From Clostridia bacterium (GTDB taxonomy: Bacteria; Bacillota; Clostridia; CAKSNL01; HGM11501), in assembly GCA_900766735.1 (NCBI GenBank), contig CAAFWO010000040.1:7896-71895 (forward strand): DNA of 64,000 nucleotides, read 5' to 3'. This document shows positions 59,614-64,000 of the stretch, piece after piece (position 1 is the stretch's first letter; each line of letters starts with the position of its first letter). The notes beneath the pieces were generated by a model, which saw nothing but the letters and a program-made list of their open reading frames with translations, searched no databases and was not told the origin of the DNA. The translations under genes and the position numbers were made by a program.

Positions 59614-62094
59614 CTATTCGTCGTCTTCGTCATCATAATAGTCATCGGAATCGACGTCATAATGTCCGTCCTTGTCACCGGCGCTTCCGCTGAGTAGATT
59701 TGCGTCAACCTCACCCGAAATGATTCCGTAAAAGCTTCCCTCAACTCTGCCGTTGACATAGCCCGAAAGCTTGCCGTTTATCACGTGGTTACCGGAAAGC
59801 GAAAGCTTCTTGCCGTGAAGGCCGACCTTAAATGCCGTCTTATCAATGATCTTATCGCCAAGCAGGAGAAGCTGGGGTAAAATTCCCATAACAAGCACCA
59901 TTGATATTATCGTTCCGCGCCCTAAGCATGTTCCGATCGATGCAATCGCGCAGTCTGTCGACATAAGGCCGATGATGATACCGGCTGATGCTAAAATAGT
60001 TCCAGATGTAAATATTGTCGGGAACGCAAGGCTTAAGGTCTTTATTATCGCGTCCTTTTTGTCCATCGTCTGTCTTAACTCGGTATAACGGTTCGTGATA
60101 ACTATCGCATAGTCGATATTCGCACCCATCTGAATCGAGCTTACGACCAAATAGCTTAAGAAGAACATATGATTTCCCTCGATTATCGGGAACGAGAAGT
60201 TTATCCATACGCTACCTAAAATAACGATGATAAGTATTATCGGCAGTCCGGCCGACTGGAAAGTGAAAAGAAGAATTATCACGACAAACAGCGCTGAAAG
60301 AATGCTGATAAGGAGATTATCTTGCCCGAATGTCGATGATAAATCGTAGTCGTTGGTTGAGTTACCGCACAAAATAACGTCGTCTCCGTAATACTTTGTC
60401 GCCTTATTTCTGATCGTTTCAAGAAATGCAAACGTTTCCTCCGTCTCCTCAGGAAGATTCAGTTCGAGCACAATTCTTGAATAATTCTTGCCCTTAAGCT
60501 GTTTTTTACCGTCTTCAAGGTCGGAATTGATTTCGTCAAGGTCGGAGCGCAGATCATCATCCAATGTGATCGTACCGTTATCGACATCATCGTACAAAAA
60601 TTCAAACATATCTATTAGCGGAACCTCGTAATTGTCGATACCGCCGATAATCTTTCCGTAATTTTCATCGTCAACGGCATATGCCGCATAGAGAAAACGC
60701 ACAAGCTCCACATCCATATCGGTAAGCTCTGAAAATGTTCTTGGACTGAGCTTGTCGGCCAGCATATAGCCGTCCATCGCCTCGGTGCTCGAAAGCCCGG
60801 TCACAGTGTCGATCTCCGGAAGCTTCGACAGCTCCTCGGAGAGCGCCTTTTCGTCGTCATATCGCCCGGTCGGAACCAAAATGGCGACAACGTTGGTCGG
60901 CGCGAAAGTCTCCGATATCATCTGCTCTGCGATCTGCGAGTCGTTCTTTCTCACTGTCGATAAAAGTGTGTAGCTGTATGCATAGGGACACATATTGGAA
61001 AGAATGAATGCAATCACCAAAAGTCCGGCAAAAATGCAGGGTGCGATCACCTTAAGCTTGATGACGATCCTTCCCCACGCGTCGATATTCGGCACAAAGC
61101 TTCTGTGGTGTGTCTTATCGATCTTATCACTGAAGGTATATATAAGTCCCGGCATAAACGTGAACACGCAAAGAATGCTTATGATTATCGCTTTGATAAG
61201 GATAATACCCATATCAAAACCGATCTTGAAGTGCATAAACATCATCGCAGCGAGTCCGGAAAGCGTCGTCAGGCAACTGCCGGAGATCTCCGGAACGGCC
61301 TTGGAAAGCGCCGCGACAACAGCTTCATAAGGCTCTTTTGTCTCACGCTCTTCTGTGTAGCGATGGCAAAGAATGATCGCATAGTCAATAGCGAGCGCCA
61401 GTTGGAGTATGACGGCAACGGAATTTGAAACAAACGAGATCGTTCCGAACATAAAGTTTGTTCCTTTATTAATGAGCGCCGCCATACCGAAGGTCGCCAG
61501 CATGACCGGGACCTCCATATATGTTTTCGATGTGAAAAGCAAAACCGCAATGATAATAACACATGTTATTACCATAACGATGTTTATTTCGTTGTTGATT
61601 CGGTTCGCCTTTGTATCTCCGAGCTCCGCCGAAATGTAATAATCATATCCCCCGAGATAATCCTCGGCATTCTGAAGCGCTTCGGATGATATTTCGTCGT
61701 CCTCGTCCCCCTCGAACGTGAGAGTGAAAAGCGCCGACGACTCGTTATAGTGCTTATCCGTGTCGTCAAACGCAACGGACTTTACACCGTTAAGATCCGC
61801 GAGTTTATCCGAAAGCTTTTCAGCGCTCTCGTATGATATATTGTCGACCATAATTTTTGCGGTAGCATATGTAGTGAACTCCTCTTCCATAATGGAAAGT
61901 CCGCGCCTGGTCTCCGTCTCCTCATCAAGATAGTCGGTAAGCTTGTTGTCAACCTTGACCCAGCCGGACGATATTATACAAAACACAGCTATTATGGCAT
62001 ATATAAAATAGAACGCTTTTCTTTTATCAACAATAAACGCCGCAACCTTTTCAAAGCCTTTCGGATTATCCTTGGTCTTCTCCTCCATAAGCAC
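59614..62094 (-). CDS. MMPL/RND-superfamily membrane transporter (two 6-TM bundles each followed by a large extracytoplasmic domain) with acidic C-terminal tail
   Basis: 826 aa; two hydrophobic blocks with SSD-like arrangement; C-terminal …DVDSDDYYDDEDDE. Confidence 0.75.
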   Translation of the reverse strand: MLMEEKTKDNPKGFEKVAAFIVDKRKAFYFIYAIIAVFCIISSGWVKVDNKLTDYLDEETETRRGLSIMEEEFTTYATAKIMVDNISYESAEKLSDKLADLNGVKSVAFDDTDKHYNESSALFTLTFEGDEDDEISSEALQNAEDYLGGYDYYISAELGDTKANRINNEINIVMVITCVIIIAVLLFTSKTYMEVPVMLATFGMAALINKGTNFMFGTISFVSNSVAVILQLALAIDYAIILCHRYTEERETKEPYEAVVAALSKAVPEISGSCLTTLSGLAAMMFMHFKIGFDMGIILIKAIIISILCVFTFMPGLIYTFSDKIDKTHHRSFVPNIDAWGRIVIKLKVIAPCIFAGLLVIAFILSNMCPYAYSYTLLSTVRKNDSQIAEQMISETFAPTNVVAILVPTGRYDDEKALSEELSKLPEIDTVTGLSSTEAMDGYMLADKLSPRTFSELTDMDVELVRFLYAAYAVDDENYGKIIGGIDNYEVPLIDMFEFLYDDVDNGTITLDDDLRSDLDEINSDLEDGKKQLKGKNYSRIVLELNLPEETEETFAFLETIRNKATKYYGDDVILCGNSTNDYDLSSTFGQDNLLISILSALFVVIILLFTFQSAGLPIILIIVILGSVWINFSFPIIEGNHMFFLSYLVVSSIQMGANIDYAIVITNRYTELRQTMDKKDAIIKTLSLAFPTIFTSGTILASAGIIIGLMSTDCAIASIGTCLGRGTIISMVLVMGILPQLLLLGDKIIDKTAFKVGLHGKKLSLSGNHVINGKLSGYVNGRVEGSFYGIISGEVDANLLSGSAGDKDGHYDVDSDDYYDDEDDE

Positions 62095-62248
62095 TCTCCT
62101 TTTACAAAATAATAATTGACAAATGTTAATTAAGCAATTATAATAATATTATAAACATTAGGGTTTATTAATGCAATATACAATTGCGAAAAAAATGTAT
62201 TTTAATGGACAAAAATGCTGTGTGCTGTCCATTTGGGAGGTATTAAAT

Positions 62249-62824
62249 ATGGTAAATTCCGATGATCGCAGAGTTCGCAAAACGCGCCGCCTGATGACGG
62301 ACGCACTGGCAAAGCTGCTTGCCGAAAAACCTTTGAGCAACATCACCGTCCGCGAGATCGCCGATATGGCGGACATAAACCGCGGAACATTCTATCTTCA
62401 TTATAAAGATGTTTTCGATATGGTCGATAAGATCCAGGCCGATCTCTTTGAAAAATTCAATGCGATCATAACAAATTATATGCCGACTGCGGATTCAAAA
62501 CGACTCTTTCCTCTTCTTGAAAAGCTGTTTGAGCTTTTAGCCGAAAACGCAAACCTTGCGCGCGCCCTTGTGAGCAAGCACGGCGACGCGGCATTTATCA
62601 ATAAGCTCAAAAACGTTGTCCGCGAAAAGTGCCTTGCCGACATGCCGAATCCGCAGCCTGATAAAGCGGCGGAATTCGACTACTTTTTCAGTTATGTTTC
62701 ATCAGGCTGTACCGGGCTTTGCCATGCGTGGCTTGAGGGCGATATGGCAGAGTCTCCGGCCGAGATGGCAGCGCTTGCCGAGCGGTTCATAAAGGGCAGC
62801 TTCGACGCTGCGGTCCGTCATTAA
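62249..62824 (+). CDS. TetR/AcrR-family transcriptional regulator
   Basis: 191 aa from ATG 62249 (RBS GGGAGG); N-terminal HTH RKTRRLMTDALAKLLAEKPLSNITVREIADMADINRGTFYLHY; divergent from MMPL gene. Confidence 0.85.
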   Translation: MVNSDDRRVRKTRRLMTDALAKLLAEKPLSNITVREIADMADINRGTFYLHYKDVFDMVDKIQADLFEKFNAIITNYMPTADSKRLFPLLEKLFELLAENANLARALVSKHGDAAFINKLKNVVREKCLADMPNPQPDKAAEFDYFFSYVSSGCTGLCHAWLEGDMAESPAEMAALAERFIKGSFDAAVRH

Positions 62825-62981
62825 TATTTTAACATATTTATAAGAAAAATCAACCGTATTTTCATAAATATTTCTGCCAAAATATTTGTGAAAATCGGCG
62901 TGGGTTGCATGTTCTTAAAAAAGCACAAAAACAGGTTCGGTCTTTAATCATTTGATATAATATATAAAAAAGGATGATGTA

Positions 62982-63212
62982 TTAGATAATTATATTGCCA
63001 TTTTCCCTACTCCTTTCTGCCTGTGGCTTATAATTTACTCTCTCGAAAAAGTACTGCTTACTTACTCTGCCGGCAATGGAGCGAAATCCTTGCCGTCGCA
63101 GCTCGGAATTCATTTCCTTGATAACCTTGTAAGCATATGACTTTGATACTCCGAGTATCTGCTGCACTTCTTCAGCTCTCAAAAACAAATTCCCCATGTT
63201 TTCACTCCTCAC
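62982..63212 (-). CDS. small helix-turn-helix protein of the excisionase (Xis-Tn916-like/MerR-type) DNA-binding family
   Basis: ~71-76 aa; …LRAEEVQQILGVSKSYAYKVIKEMNSEL… ; start may be MGNLF at 63197. Confidence 0.55.
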   Translation of the reverse strand: MRSENMGNLFLRAEEVQQILGVSKSYAYKVIKEMNSELRRQGFRSIAGRVSKQYFFERVNYKPQAERSRENGNIII

Positions 63213-63529
63213 TATTGTTTTTTATCATTTAGCGTTAATATAATATAAATAAATGCTTCTATGCCTGCATTGACTCAACGCATTTTGATAATGTATAACC
63301 ATTATATCCTACTTTTAAGATAATGTCAAGTGCTTTTCGAAAATTTATTATCTTTTTTATTTCTTATAGTTGACTAACTCAAACTAATATGTTATAACAG
63401 ATGTATGGTCTATACATCTATTTCAAGGTTCTGTCAAATAATAAAGGTAGAGATTTTTAAAAAAAATACTACCTGATACTTGACAGGTTCTTATAATAAT
63501 AGATAGAACAATACGATTGGAGATATATT

Positions 63530-63988
63530 ATGGCTATCGGAGAACGAATAAGATTTTTAAGAAATCTGCACGGTGCCACACAGAAATGGCTTGGCATCAA
63601 ACTCGGCTTTAGCGAAAAAACAGCCGAAACCCGTGTAGGTCAGTATGAAATAGGTGTCAGAACACCAAAAGATGATATGATAAAGGATATTGCAAAAATA
63701 TTCGATGTATCACCGCAGGCAATCAAACTGCCCGATATTGATAATTACAATGCACTGCTGCACACCCTGTTTGCAATAGAGGATATATACGGATTGACAA
63801 TAAATATGCTTGATGACGAGTTCTGTCTTGCACTTGACAGGGAAAATCCGTCTTATTTTCCTATGTACGATATGCTTCGTGCGTGGAATAAGGTTGCCCG
63901 TAAATATAGAAACGGCGAAATAACAAAAGAGGAATACGATAATTGGAGATATAATTATCCGGAAAATAATTCTAAAAACACAAATTAA
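63530..63988 (+). CDS. XRE-family HTH transcriptional regulator
   Basis: 152 aa; N-terminal HTH (IGERIRFLRNLHGATQKWLGIKLGFSEKTAETRVGQYEIGVRTPKDDMIKDIAKIFDVSPQAI). Confidence 0.7.
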   Translation: MAIGERIRFLRNLHGATQKWLGIKLGFSEKTAETRVGQYEIGVRTPKDDMIKDIAKIFDVSPQAIKLPDIDNYNALLHTLFAIEDIYGLTINMLDDEFCLALDRENPSYFPMYDMLRAWNKVARKYRNGEITKEEYDNWRYNYPENNSKNTN

Positions 63989-64000
63989 GTCGAAAGAAAG

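Noticed and set aside
62190-62222. Imperfect inverted repeat ATGGACA-N13-TGTCCAT between the MMPL and TetR genes as a TetR operator
   Set aside because: The arms are only 7 bp and the spacer is long. It is plausible but too weak to call without comparative data. It is kept out of the feature list.

Overview
This is a 64 kb chromosomal window that looks like a Clostridia-type Firmicute, with roughly 50% GC in the housekeeping stretches. Most of it is ordinary core genome, and I list the pieces in order below.

- A complete nine-gene V/A-type ATPase operon runs on the + strand (2304-10780).
- A phosphohexomutase and an IspH-S1 fusion gene follow.
- An operon cluster carries plsC, cmk, pcrA and the two-part transketolase.
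- There is a tRNA-Gly with a consensus promoter.
- rsmA is followed by a five-gene cluster for a biotin-dependent Na+-pumping decarboxylase or transcarboxylase-like complex.
- A sporulation and chromosome block carries dac, ytfJ, scpAB and lysA.
- A tRNA-Ala and tRNA-Leu pair sits before a csoR-copA-copZ copper operon.
- clpB is followed by a divergent TetR/MMPL pair. The MMPL gene is co-directional with a 1161-aa GLUG-repeat, coiled-coil, membrane-anchored surface protein.

The standout region is a ~7 kb AT-rich island (~10.82-17.82 kb). It is wedged between the V-ATPase terminator and a frameshifted glycosidase gene, and it ends at a tyrosine recombinase gene. The island holds three GC-rich RHS/YD-repeat (WapA-like) core fragments and a 3' remnant of a toxin C-terminus. 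It also holds one intact-looking RHS-core-end + glycine-zipper + novel C-terminal toxin module with a downstream candidate immunity gene. A tandem pair of paralogous small proteins and several other small or membrane orphan ORFs lie between these, and a 16-bp repeat marks two cassette junctions with an inverted third copy. I read this as a degenerate array of displaced polymorphic-toxin C-terminal/immunity cassettes, possibly recombinase-associated. Its small proteins have no family I can recognise, so they are the best candidates for something undescribed.

Other points of note:
- Three hydrolase genes are broken by frameshifts near homopolymers, so either sequencing indels or pseudogenes.
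- A candidate small RNA or leader with two hairpins lies upstream of an rluA-family gene.
- Paired CsoR operator palindromes lie upstream of csoR.
- An Xis-like/XRE pair at the 3' end of the window suggests the edge of a second mobile element.

I found no rRNA, no CRISPR array and no transposase.
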